Of a DNA stretch of 64,000 bases, positions 27,096 through 39,703 are shown one piece after another; positions within the stretch are counted from its first letter, which is position 1; each line of letters opens with the position of its first letter. The DNA comes from Marsupella aquatica (taxonomy: Eukaryota > Plantae > Marchantiophyta). The position numbers were made by a program, and so were the translations under genes. Below the pieces are notes generated by a model. It saw nothing but the letters and a program-made list of their open reading frames with translations, had not been told where the DNA came from and searched no databases. Location: contig OZ316891.1 in the NCBI GenBank assembly GCA_973895155.1, forward strand, positions 17,606,095 through 17,670,094, read 5' to 3'.

Positions 27096-29828
27096 TCACA
27101 ACTCCTGACCAAGGACCTTTGACTTAATCTCGTCGACTTGTTTGAATAGCTCCTCCCTGTAACCACCCACAACCGATTTAGTGGAATAGTTGATGGCACA
27201 ACTGGGCCTCTAGTCATTCTACTTAATCGTTCGTTCGTTGATAAGGGTAAAATTGAGACAGTTCACATCAGGAATTACCTGTCGGGCTTGAAGAGCAAGT
27301 ACCGATAGACAAACCACTGCCACAATGACAAAAGTGGAAATCATCAGCATGGACGCGCAAAGTATGAAGGTCTAAGCAATTCCGAAGGTAACAAAATGCT
27401 CAACATTGCTTCCAGCAGTATGATCTGTTTCGGTTCACTTACTCCGGTGTACAAGAGCCCTACGAGCTCAAGGACTTGTGGAACCAATGGAAGCTTATCA
27501 ATAGCCTGCAGTCACAAATCGGTTTAAAAACAATATTTATCTGAAGCACTTTCAAAGAAAAATGGTAACCTACAGCCACAAATACATACTGAAAGGAGGT
27601 GGTTCGGCAAGGCTGTACAAGACAAATACATGTCAGTGTTTAGCTTCCTCAATGAGCAGAATTATGCCAAGAACAGCGAACGGTCAACTAATTTGGGTTT
27701 GTTCTCTGAGCCTGTGTTAACTTGGTAGGGAGCTTGAAGCCTCCACTTTATGTTAGAATGCAAGATGAGAGCGTCGCGAGCTACCACAGTAGGCACACTC
27801 TTTCATGCACTATCCACCGATACTCTCACCGCTGTATCCTCTCCTCATCTACTTAATTAGCGCATCGACACTAACACAGGACGAAAAGATTGAACGAAAA
27901 TGATTTTAGGAAGCTATCAATTCATCCGTAAAGCAACCACAGCATGTACCAATCGCTGTAAAAACACCAGTTATCAGACTTTAAGTATGACCAATTACGC
28001 TACAGCGCATTAAATAAAACAGAAGGGTCTAAAGGGAGAACAAACTCACAGAAATAAGGCCAGTTGAGCCCCACAATACGATGACTGCAGCGACTCCCAA
28101 ACTACTAATGGCAAGCTTGTCATCTAGTTTTTCCCACTGCAACACCACATCTGATCACGTCAGAATGACTTACAATTTTCTGCTTAAAAATCCAAGTCTA
28201 ATGGGGCATGCATTAGCAACACGTGGCCATCGAGAGCAACCTGATGACAGAACCTCAGACTAGAGCTTCCACGTGAAAAAGAACGCCGGCTTAGTTTAAA
28301 AGCGACAGTATTGAAGAATAACTTCACTTTCCGTGTTCTCCTCCGTCCATTGGTGCGCAGAAATCATGAGGTACACTTACCTTGCATTTGAAATCATATC
28401 CTACGCTCACGTAGAGACCAACTTACGGTTTCGGTAGCCTGTTTTAGCAAATCTTCAGCAGCCACTTGAATCTCTGGAGCTGGTGGAGTCTCTGTAAGCT
28501 CAGACACAATTTCTGTCTGGCCCTCAGTCTTGACAGCCACAATAGTGAGCGACCTCTTTGCCTCTGCAAGTCAACTTCCGTGTTAGAGGAACTTGAGCGA
28601 TGGAAAATTGAAGGCAGCCAATGGGGACGTGCTTCTGCTTCTGCTTCCTGCACAATTTCTTTTAGATTCGAAATTCGCATCGACCTCTATGGATCCACTC
28701 TCTAGTGCAAAAGGCTTCCTCATTTCCTTGTCTGTAATCAAGCGTAGACCTCGAGTTCCTGTCCTTGAAAAGCAATCCCAGTCAACAGGGGTAAATCATT
28801 TGAGATTGTAAAAGGAAAAGTAGTCGGGTGCTCATAATCCGCTTCATAACCTTTCGAGCCATTTATTCTGTTACCTGCCCTCTGTGCAAACTCTAATTGA
28901 CTTCTGCCATGAAAGGATAGCGGCATTCAATCCCTAGCAAGTAGACTACGTTCCAAATGAATGGTAAATGGTGGACTATATTCAGTCCTTCAATTTCAGT
29001 GTCAGCCAGATCATTGACCCCCAAGAAGTGACATTGCATGCGATTGGATTCTCAAGCCTAGCTATTGTAGCACAAACGATTAATGTTTAGATTAACACCA
29101 TTTTGATCTTGAACAGCAATAGGAACGAGCGTATTCGCTATAGAAACGTTGGGGTAGAAGAGGGCAGGGAAAACACATTCAAGGGACGAAGCCGTCCATT
29201 CACAAGGGGCCTTGAAAGCTCAAACCCATTCCATGCGGACGAAGCTGTACGAGATTTGTTGATAGTGTGGAGACTTGCGCATTCAAAGGTCTACGAATGC
29301 AGCTCCGAGCATGAACTCTCATCAGATACCCAATTCCAATATTCGTTGTGGGACAATAAGATTTCGTCGATATATCTTTGACAATAGTTATTGGAGCTCC
29401 ATCTAGGCACTGACACAGCTGATCATGCTCATGGGATAGAACAGACAAAGAATGGAGGTCTTGTAAGTATAATTAGGGGGATTTCTGTGTGTGTCGTATA
29501 TTCGTCTAGGGCTCCGAGAAACCAGACATTGGTCATGGCCATGGCCTTACCCTGTCTACATGAAGGAAACTTCAGACATGTCTCTCACGGTTCACATCCA
29601 CAAGGAACCGCTCAACCTGAGGACATGCATGTGAGACAGACACGCTCATTGGAATTCACCTGTAGGCAACGAAACCCCGACTCGCTTAGATTGAAGGCGC
29701 AGGGACAACCTCCCAAGGCCAGCAATGGCTACTGCTGCTGCTCCTCCTCCAGCTGCAGCTTCCCTGTTAGCAGAACTCAATCCTCGGAGTGGCACCATGG
29801 CCGACCTTGTCACCGCCATTCCCGCCAT
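27096..29828 (-). CDS. CURT1B: CURVATURE THYLAKOID 1B / PSI-P (CAAD domain) protein, copy A, 6 exons, chloroplast transit peptide
   Basis: Spliced product MAGMAVTRSAMVPLRGLSS...SLPT-EAKRSLTIVAVKTEGQTE...ATET-WEKLDDKLAISSLGVAAVIVLWGSTGLIS-AIDKLPLVPQVLELVGLLYTG-WFVYRYLLFKPDR-EELFKQVDEIKSKVLGQEL*. All introns are GT-AG. The ORF track misses it because the exons are short. Confidence 0.92.
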
Positions 29829-32675
29829 TTCTCCTCCTCACCCCTGTTGCTCCTGCCCCAATGGTTCCCTTTTCTCCCCTACACAACCCGACTAAAACAC
29901 GGCTCGCAGGATTACGAGCGAGATTGAGAGTAGAGGGGCACTGATGTCAACAGGTCTCTCTCTCGCTGCAATCAGTCTTCGTCTCGGCCACACTCCTTGC
30001 TATCGGCTCTGCTCCCACCCGGGTGAAGGGGCATGGACAATTTACGGCTGTGCAAAGAAACAAAATCCGAAATCTGGAGCGACCCAATACCCGCCGCGCT
30101 TCTGCCTTCGCCTTGCAACAGAACTCGTTGCACCTTCGGATTCCCGATATACAGGAGTACCTTTTTATCGCACTCTGTACTACAATTGTAGACGATGGAG
30201 AGCAGACCAGCCTCCTGTGTGAGGGTAGTGGCGGAGGATGGAGCTGACTGCCGGGTCGGGATGTGAATCAATGGCGTCTGATGACCCTCCTCAAAGCGAG
30301 CAATGGCGGAGAAGTCGGGAGCGCAAGTGTGTGACTGATTGCGAGCAATTGATAATGACGAGCAACGAAGAAGCAGAAAGGAGAGGACACTGATCTTCTA
30401 TTTCTTTGCTCTGTTCGACTGTTCCTCGTCTTCTTCCTCTGCCTCTCTTTCTTTTTCTTGCTGCTGAACTAGTTCCCCTCGCCCTCTCCTGCCGGGTGGC
30501 GCGAAAGACGCGTGGCGGAAGGCGATTGAGGCAGGGGTGGATTTCACGGATGACTGACCCGGGATTCGGTGAGGGGTACCTGCCACTCTGTGCACGAGCG
30601 GGAATCAAATTACGGAATCAGAGTGGTTCCCGGATAACGAGTGTCTGAAAGTCACACGAATCGATAAAATTGTCAGGTTCATCTGGGCCGTATGTCTTTT
30701 GACATATCCAATTCATCGACGGTGGGGATATTCGATGTGTTTTCCACTGGAAATTTGAAGCTTATAGTGGCCGTAGTGGATGTTTGAAAAGAAGTCCAGA
30801 TGGACCTCACATTTGACAAACAACTCGGTTGGACCAGAGTAGCTCCCAGATATTCACTCTCGCAAGGCCTACAGATCACAGGAACTGACAAATGGTGAGA
30901 CCCATCTTGGGAGGACGCATTTAGAGACATCTAACTTATTGACGGTTGGGTTTTTCCGACTTTTTCGATTGGAATCTGAGTGCCAGTAGATAACGTTAGA
31001 AGAAAAAGTCCAGATGATCCAGGACGTTTCACAGACATCTAGACATCTCTTTTCAAGTAGTATTAACCACATCATATCTTCCTATGTAAACTTTCCCATT
31101 TTTCGTTTCAAAAGATTCCCATTTTTTGTTTCAAAAGATAATCCTGTAGACTGTAGATGCATTTGAGTCAGTTCAGTTTTGTGGTCCGCAGAGGATCACA
31201 TTGAGCACATTTAGGTGCTTGACTGGTTTTTGGTGAGGCCGGCTCAAAAGGCTGACTACGGTAGGGGTGTCATTTTTGGAAAACTATTGTCAGCTCCTGA
31301 GATGAGCACGGGCTTGGAACAAAAGTCAGATTTCTTGACGAGATGTCGCCAAAAGGCGAATAGCCTGCACTTCTACCCGGCTCCTACTGACCACTCTTCC
31401 TCAGTTGGCCCATGCATGTTGGCCACCTCACTACCATCCCCAGGATCGCGTCATCAAACTTGCAAAAATCACCGGTCACCCGAGAGTCTTCCAATTCCAG
31501 TTGCCAATTTGCCCTCCGTATCTTCGGGCATGTTCGCCAGTTCGTCCTCGGATAGTGTTTGCCACCTCGCGTCTATCGTAGTGCCATCCTGGGTTGTGTG
31601 AATAAGTACTTAACCAGAGAGCTAAGCGCCAAAAAATTTAGGAACTTGGCTTTTGGTCAAATGTTTGCACTCCCATACAAGCTGACGTTTACTGTACATG
31701 GTCAGTCCTTTAGAGCTAAAATCATTCATGATTCGGCAAGGTGACTATCTGACCATGATTCTCAGATCGCCTATTGAGATGAAGAGGATAACCATGTGTG
31801 AACGAATTTATCTTCCGTTTTCTGCCAATCTCTCTCGAACAGGTTAGAACGAGCGACGTTGTCCACCCGTGACGATTAAAATCATTTCTCTATCTCACCA
31901 GCAGGTAGCTGGCCATGATCATCAGACACCTCCTGAATAAAGCCCTTAACGTATCTTACTGGCAGGTGGCTGGCCATGATCATCAGACAGCTCTTGAAAT
32001 AAAGAGAATAACCATGTATTTTCTAACGGAAGGCATCTCTTCGTTGCTTATGGAATCCAAACCCTCAACATCCACCAATCTGAGGGGACAAAGTATACGT
32101 GCCATAACTTAAATCATAAACTTCTATAGTAGACACCAAAACAGTCCTCCAAATACTAGTATGTGGAGGGACACACAATATCACAAAAACACAGTCAACA
32201 AACGTTAGAGAAGTGTGCTGAAGCCATGCAAATGTTTTTCTCAGAGTAAATAACCAAGGGCAGGACGGACAGGAAAAAGAACAACTATGTTTGTCCCATC
32301 CAAGCCCAACCCACCCAGACTTCTAAACGTGCAACAACCACTACAATCAGTTTAAAAAGATAAACGTGAAGAAAACGACATTAAACATGGAGGGTCTTGC
32401 AGAAAGCTGCTTCAACTAGAAAAAATAAATTGGCAGCTGAAGAAAATGAACTTGTTCCATTCGCACGTCTTCTTGGGTCATTGCCCCAGGTACTCCACAC
32501 CAGTACAAGATGACTTAAGTCATTCAAGTCTGCTGACGTTAATGATAAGCAGCACACTTCCAGAGAATGCATGTACAAACCACGCCATATTGGAAGGTGC
32601 CTTTAGATCAAATGGATCCAAATCCACCTCTCCCAAACCTTGGTGAACATAAGAAATGTGTACAAAGACCTAACT

Positions 32676-35438
32676 TCACAACTCCTGACCAAGGACCTTT
32701 GACTTAATCTCGTCGACTTGTTTGAATAGCTCCTCCCTGTAACCACCCACAACCGAATTAGTGGAATAGTTGATGGAACAACTGCGTTTCTAGTCATTCT
32801 ACTTAATTGTTCGTTCGTTGATGAGGGTAGGATTGAGACAGTTCACATCAGGAATTACCTGTCGGGCTTAAAGAGCAAGTACCGATAGACGAACCACTGC
32901 CACAATGTCAAAAAGTGGAAATCATCAGCATGGAGCGCAAAGTATGAAGTTTAAACCAATTCCAAAGGTAACAAATTGCTCAATATTGCTTCCAGCAGTA
33001 TGATCTGTTTCGGTTCACTTACTCCGGTGTACAAGAGCCCTACGAGCTCAAGAACTTTCGGAACCAATGGAAGCTTATCAATAGCCTGCAGTCACAAATG
33101 TCGGTTTCAAACAATTTATTATCTGAAGCACTTTCGTAGAAAAATGGTAACCTACAGCCACAAATACATACTGAAAGAAGGTAGTTGGGCAAGGCTGTAC
33201 AAGACAAATACAGGTCAGTGTTTAGCTTCCTCAATGAGCAGAATCATGCCAAGAACAGTGAACGGTCAACTAATCTCTGAGCCTGTGTTAACTTGGTAGG
33301 GAGCTTGGAAGCCTCCACTTTATGTTACAACGTAAGATGAAACGTTCGCGAGCTACCACAGTAGACTTACTCTTTCATGGACTATCCACCGCTGCTCTCA
33401 CCGTTACACTCTCCTCATGTACTTAATTAGCCCATCGACACTAACAAAAGATGAGAAGATTGCACGCCAATTGTTTTAGAAAGCTATCAATTCATCCGTA
33501 AGCAACCAAAGCATGTCCCAATCGCTTGTAAAGCACCACTTTAGGGCAGTTTAAGTATGACCCATTATGCTACAGCACATTAAATAGTACAGAAGGGTCT
33601 GAAGGGAGAACAAACTCACAGAAAGAAGGCCAGTTGAGCCCCACAATACGATGACTGCAGCGACTCCCAGACTGCTAATTGCAAGCTTGTCATCTATTTT
33701 TTCCCACTGCAACACCACATCTGATCACGTCAGCACGACTTCAAATTTTTGACTTGAAATGCTAAGTCTAAGGGGGCATACATTGCCAACACGTGGCAAC
33801 AGAGAGCAACCTGATGACAGAACGACAGGAGGTTCCACGTCAAAATGAAGGTCGCTTTAGTTTACCAAAAATAGAATTGAGAACTAATTTCACTTTCCTC
33901 AAGCTCCCCCGTCCATTGGCGCGCAGGAATCATGATATACACTTCCCTTGCATTTGAAGTCACATCCTACGCTCACGAAGGACATGGTAGAGAGCAACTT
34001 ACAGTATCGGTAGCCTTTTTCAGCAAATCTTCAGCAGCCACTTGAATCTCTGGAGCTGGTGGAGTCTCTGTAAACTCAGACACAACTTCTGTTTGGCCCT
34101 GAGTCTTGACAGCCACAATAGTGAGCGACCTCTTTGCCTCTGCAAGTAAACTTCCGTGTTAGAGGAACCTGATCTGATCGCAAGGACTTGAGCGATGGAA
34201 AATTGAAGCCAACGAATGGGCGTGCTCCTGTCATTTAATACAAAATTCCTCACGTGTTCGAAATTCGCATGACACAGACGTCTAAGGATTCACTCACTAG
34301 TGCCCAAGGCTTCCTCACTTCCGTGTCTGTAATAAAGTGTAGACCTCGAGTTCCTGTCCTTGGAAAACAATCCCTGCCTACAGGAATGAATCATTTGCGA
34401 CCGTAAAAGGAAAAGTAGTCGGGTGCTCATAATCTGCTTCATAACCTTCGGAATCATTTGGTTATTCACTTACCTGCCTTCTGTGCAAACTCAGATTAAG
34501 TTCTGCCATTAAAGGATAAAGGCAACCAATTCCTAGCAAGTTCACTACATTCCACAGAATGATTCCACAGAATGGTAGATGGGAGACTTTATTCAGTCCT
34601 TCGGTTTCAGTATCAGGTAGATCATTGACATTGCATGCGATTGGATTCTCAAGCCCAGCTGTTGTACCACAAACGCTTCGTGTTTAGATTAACACCACTT
34701 TTATCTAGGAAAGCAATAAGAACGAGCGTATTCGCTATTAAACACGTTGGAGTTAAAGAGGCCAGGGAATGCATATTCAAGGGACAAAGCCGCCCATTCA
34801 CGTGGAATGGGCCTTGAAAGCTCAAATCCGTTCCATGCGGGTGAAAGTGTACGAGATTTGTTGATAGACTTGCGCCTTCAAAGGCTAGGAATGCAGCTCC
34901 GGGCATGAACTCTCATCAGATACCCAACTCCGACATTCGTTGTGGAACATTAAGATTTTGTCGATATCTCTTTGACCTTAGTTAATGGAGCACCATCAAG
35001 ACACTGACGAAGCTGATCATGCTAATGGGATGGCACAGACTAAAAGCTCGAGGTCTTGTAAATGTAATTAGGGGGATTTCTCTGTGTGTCGGATATTCGT
35101 CCAGGGATCAAAGAAACCAGATATTGGTCATGGCCATGGCCTTACCCCGGCTGTCTGCACGAAGGAAATTTCAGACATAGTCTTTCACGGTTCACCTCCA
35201 CAAGGAACCGCTCAACCTGAAGACATGCATGAGAGATCGACAGACAGACATGCTCATTGGAATTCTAATCACCTGTAGGCAACGAAACCCCGACTCGCTT
35301 AGATTGAAGGCGCAGGGACAACCTCCCAAGGCCAGCAACGGCGACTGCTGCTGCTCCTCCAGCTGCAGCTCTCCGGCTAGCATTACTCAATCCTCCGACT
35401 GGCACCATGGCCGACCTTGTCACCGCCATTCCCGCCAT
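32676..35438 (-). CDS. CURT1B: CURVATURE THYLAKOID 1B / PSI-P protein, copy B, 6 exons
   Basis: Same exon structure, intact: MAGMAVTRSAMVPVGGLSNAS...KTQGQTEVVSEFTE...WEKIDDKLAISSLG...AIDKLPLVPKVLELVGLLYTG-WFVYRYLLFKPDR-EELFKQVDEIKSKVLGQEL*. Confidence 0.92.
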
Positions 35439-36292
35439 TTCTCCTCCTTACTCCTGTTGCTCCTGCCCCACCTCTTCTCTTTCCTCTCCTCTGGCTCTCG
35501 CGGCACAGCTCTCCTCTGGCTGCCCACAACACAACTCGAACACACACGGCTCGCGGGACTACCAGAGAAAATAAGTAGAATGAATGATGTCAAGAGGTCT
35601 CTCGCTACAATCAGTCTTCTTCCTCTCGGTCACTGTCTTGGCCACTCTCCTTGCTATCGGCTCTGCTCCCAACCGGGTGAAGGGGCGTTGGGACAATTTA
35701 TGGCTGTGCACAGAGACAAAATCCGAAATCTGGAGCGACCCAATACCCGCCGCGCTCCTGCCTTCGCGTTGCAAAAAAGAACTCGCCGCCCCTTCGGGAT
35801 CCCGCGACACAGGAGCACCTTTTTACAGCACCAGAGGGAGAACAGACCAGCCTCCTTTGTGAGGGCGATGGCGGAGGATGGAGCTGACTGCCGGGTCGGG
35901 ATGTAAATCAATGGCGTCTGATGACGCTCCTCAAAAGCGACCAATGTAGGAGAATCCGGGAGACAAGTGTGACTGATTGCGAGCAAAGAAGCAGCTCGAA
36001 TGAGAGGACAGTGATCTTCATTTTCTTGCTGTGTGGCTCTTCCGCTTCCTCTCTTTCCTCCTCTTGTTACTGGACTAGTTCCCCTCGTCCTCTCCTGCGG
36101 GTGGCGGGAACGACGCGTGGAGGGCCCAGATTGGGTCAGCCGTGGATTTCGGTAAAGGGGGTACCTGTCACTCTCTGCACGGTGCGAATCAAATACCGAA
36201 TCAGAGTGGTTTCCGGATAATGACTTTATGAAAATCACATTCATCGGTAAATTGCCAGGATCATGTGGACCGTATATCTTTTGAGATAACTA

Positions 36293-36623
36293 CACTGCTC
36301 ACAATAATTAGTGTTATGCAAGAACTTTGAGTCCAAGAAGCACTAATTTTTGTTGGTTTTTAAAACAGTTTTTTTACACATTAGTTTAAATTGTTTGTAA
36401 AACATGGATGATCTTTGAATCCAAAGCAACACTAATTGTTGTGGATTTTTCAAAATAACTTTTTTTGTCTATTTTTTCACTCTTAAGACCACCGTAACAC
36501 TAATTCATGTGCGTGAAAATAGTGTTAGCACAAAATTAATGTGACTAACACTAATTCACAGGTAGACCCTGAAAATGGGCGCTCTCAAATTAGTGTTAGT
36601 CACACTAATTACAGTGAACAGTG
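36293..36623. mobile_element. Tc1/mariner-derived MITE (~331 bp) inserted upstream of CURT1 copy B
   Basis: TA|CACTGCTCACAATAATTAGTGT ... ACACTAATTACAGTGAACAGTG|TA: ~22-bp TIR with 3 mismatches and a TA TSD. ACACTAATT motifs repeat internally. The paralogous site in copy A (~30700) is empty. Confidence 0.85.
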
Positions 36624-37788
36624 TAATTCATCAATGGTGGGGATATTTTAGATGTTGCCCTTTGGAAATTCTAAACCTAAAGTGCCCCTAGGTGATATCT
36701 TAAAAGAAGCCCAGATGGACCACACCGTTTGACAAATAACTAGGATATTGACTTTCTGAGGAGTGATAAATCACAGGAATTGTCTCTCATCTAGGCCAGA
36801 CACCTTTTGAGACCTATAATATGTTTGATGGTGGGGAAATTTTCTATTTTTCCCATTTTTTTTTAATTTTTTTTTTTTTAAATTAATTTTTTTCCCATCT
36901 TTAGACCCAAAGTGCAAGTAACTTACATTTGAAAATGAAGCCGAGATGGACCACAATGTTGACTACAAAACTAGAATGGACCACCACAACTTGACGGACT
37001 GTCTTCAAACAGTACTTTGAATTCACCATATATCTTTCCATATAACAACTTTTTACTACTTTGTCATTAAAGATGTTCAAATTGATAATATTGTCAGTGT
37101 TTGTATCATATTTATAAATATACCATGGTATTGGACCTGTCTATATTTAAAATGTTGAGCCCTCAATGTGATACGCCATGAGTTAGACTTGTCTGATGGG
37201 GACTCGAGTACACTAGAACAGCTATTAAGAACACAAGCAGGACATGTACTTTTGGTCCCGGGCAAGGTGAGGTGACACCAGGTGACTGCGGTTGAAGGTA
37301 AAGCAGCACCATAGTTGATGTTCACGTAGTTGGCCAAATTTAACTCATATCCTCATTGGAGTGAGGGCTCAATGTTTTAGCTATCTATGGATTATGACTT
37401 TAACATTCAACAAAAATGCCTCCTGCATAGTCTGCTACAGAGAAATAAGTGGTGGCATGTACTTGGAATTCCAGTATGCCATTGCCCAGGTACATGCCTC
37501 CGAATCAACATCTTGCCAACCCCACCAAGCAATCTTGAGCTTCATCGCTTTCAGACAACCAAGGTTTTCCTTGGATGTGATGTTTTGACGTGAATTGCCC
37601 TCTCTTCTCAATGCCACACCCATTCTTCTTCCAAAATTTCTGCATACATTTTCCCGTTAGCATCATATGCATATATTTCCGTTTGTTGGATTGTGGTCTT
37701 TTGTGCAGTATGCCACAGAGCTACCCTACATCCCGGTGTTATATATGTTGGAACTAACCCAATGCCAGTGCATTGCACAGAAGCTGTC

Positions 37789-38153
37789 GAGGTGAGAAAA
37801 AGATGTTGAGGAGAGAAAAAGATGTCAATGAAAGAAAATATGTTGACCAAGGTGAGATAAGATGTCAAGGAGAGAAAAAATATTGAGGTGAGCAAAAGAT
37901 GTCAAGGAGAGTAAAAGATGTTGAGGAGAGAAAAGATATCAAGGTGAGCAAGAGATGTCAAGGAGAGAAAAGATGTGAAAGTGAGCAAAAGATGTTGAGG
38001 AGAGGAAAGGATGTGAGTCAAGGAAAGTAAAACATGTCGAGGAGAGAAAAAGATCAAGTGAGAAATAGATGTTGAAGAGAGAAAAAATATCAAGGTGAGC
38101 AAAATATGTCAAGGAGAGAAAATATGTGAAGGTGAGCAATAGGCGTTGAGGAG
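37789..38153. repeat. Purine-rich minisatellite, ~18-19-bp unit (AGG(A/T)GAG(A/C)AAAAGATGT(C/T)(A/G)), ~19-20 units
   Basis: Alternating variants gaggagagaaaaagatgtca / aggtgagcaaaagatgttg are directly visible. Confidence 0.9.
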
Positions 38154-38385
38154 GTGTACCTTGGACGCTTTATACATGTAGTCATGTCCAATAAATTGTA
38201 TGTAGATATCATAGATTGTTTATTTATGTATCTATACACAGTTTATAGGTTGCCCCAACTTTAGATAATCTCACGGTTCCCAAAAGTGACAGTAAATCTA
38301 AAGATGGACATGGGTTCCCACCAAATCTAGTTTGTAAGCAGACGATGACTACTTTTGGCGGGATTCTATATTATAGATTTAGATT

Positions 38386-38622
38386 GTCAACAGCATGAAC
38401 CTCCCGTGTACATAGTAGTGCTCTACCACTGAGCTACAGGCCCTTGATGCATGTATCTTTGGCTCTGATACCATGTTGGAATTATCAAGAGCATGGACAT
38501 CTTTGGCTCTGATACCATGCTGGAATTATCAATGGCATGGACCAGCTAGGAATTGAACCTAGGACCTCCCGTGTACATCGCAGTGCTCTACAACTGAGCT
38601 ACAGGCCCTTGATCCATGTATC
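38386..38622 (-). mobile_element. Tandem remnant of a tRNA-containing LTR/TRIM-like element: tRNA-like cassette + LTR end + tRNA-iMet PBS
   Basis: Minus strand 38538-38608 reads GGGCCTGTAGCTCAGTTGTAGAGCACTGCGATGTACACGGGAGGTCCTAGGTTCAATTCCTAGCTGGTCCA (D-arm, T-arm, A/B boxes; anticodon stem broken). It is followed by ...TTCCA(A/G)CA|TGGTATCAGAGC twice (38506-38517, 38462-38473) and a second partial tRNA-like copy (38397-38443). Confidence 0.7.
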
Positions 38623-39703
38623 CCTCATCCGTTCGAGTGTGGTTCCTTTCCAACAATATGGCTCTGTCGTGTATGGAATGATAAAACTATCTTCGAAAAG
38701 CCGCAAGTTCTTGTTACTCCCATACCTCAATCGGGGCCATTCTAGCCTGCCTCTTTACCAACCTCTAGGGCGTCTTCAGCGGCTTCATTCTCTCCCATCC
38801 GGTGAGAAACCTTGATCTCACCTCTGACCAAGATTCTTATACTTTCAGCATATTTGTCTTCCTTCTGATTTAGTAGGGACCTCACTGTTGCACTACAAAT
38901 TGGAGTGCATTTGGGAAGATCCATGTTATCATGCTTCGTCAAATCGTGACAGTAACTTGAGTTCGAAAGGGATAACATTATTGCAAAATTTTTCTAAATG
39001 GCGGAGATGGGCAAATTGGGATCCCGTTCATACCACATATACGGCACCCTTGTCTCACAGTTTGGTGATCTGGATGACATCTACACGGTCTCTCAGGGAA
39101 ATGACGGTGAAGCAACTGTTGAGCATCTTTGTGCCTCCCCCCATACACAGGGGTACACCTCCACTACTTACTTACCATATCACTGTGTACATTTCTGTCA
39201 ATTTCTCATTTTGAATTTAGAGGTCTTCATCATTTGGCTGAATGTTTACAACGTGTTTACGCACAATGCTAGTGCTGGGGGCAGTGTTTGGAAGGCATGC
39301 GTAATACATGCTGGTCATGCATTCTGATACATGAGACACGATCTTACTGGCTCAAGCAAGAAAATTTAGGATCTTGGGATCTACTAGACTGATCTGTTGC
39401 ATTTAAAGTTCTGGAACACCTTGGATGAAGCTTAGTGTGATTCTCTGAAAAAACGTTTTCTGAAACTATTTTTGAACAAGGTGCGCAAATTCTTTAATCT
39501 CGCAATATGCTGAGACTGCACCACTTGCACTTCGCGCCTTCTTGCCATTCTTTCAGAGAAATTGCACTGACATGCCCCCTGGCTCAAATTGAGCTTTTAC
39601 AATGGAAGGGTCGAATGGCAGAAATGCCCTCACAGCTTAATACGGCTTTTAAAGTGCAATAGCAACTCAGAATAGCTCGCCCAAATTCAACTGATACGTA
39701 CTG

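Larger units (their letters stand above)
26290..37040. repeat. Tandem segmental duplication: copy A ~26290-31080, copy B ~31740-37040 (offset ~5.5 kb)
   Basis: Long colinear near-identity (e.g. lines 27061 vs 32641, 29821 vs 35431) covering 3' flank, introns, exons and ~1 kb upstream of the CURT1 genes. Confidence 0.95.

Noticed and set aside
28444-28680. ORF-track peptides MRISNLKE.../MRNFVLND... (also 34020-34253) as separate duplicated small proteins
   Set aside because: They are off-frame readings across CURT1 exon 2 and its intron.
34306-34365. Extra cassette exon in CURT1 intron 1
   Set aside because: A GT donor is present only in copy B and its phase is incompatible with exon 2; exon 1 splices to exon 2 in frame without it.
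35229-36244. 225-aa and 196-aa ORFs (and 29391-29927)
   Set aside because: They overlap CURT1 exon 1 and its GC-rich 5' region, frames are not conserved between the two duplicate copies, and no domain is recognisable.
37608-38139. Hydrophobic ORFs (LTxIFFLS repeats)
   Set aside because: Translation artefacts of the purine-rich minisatellite.
38538-38608. Functional tRNA gene
   Set aside because: The anticodon stem does not pair, there is no oligo-T terminator, and it sits against an LTR end and PBS with a second decayed copy.
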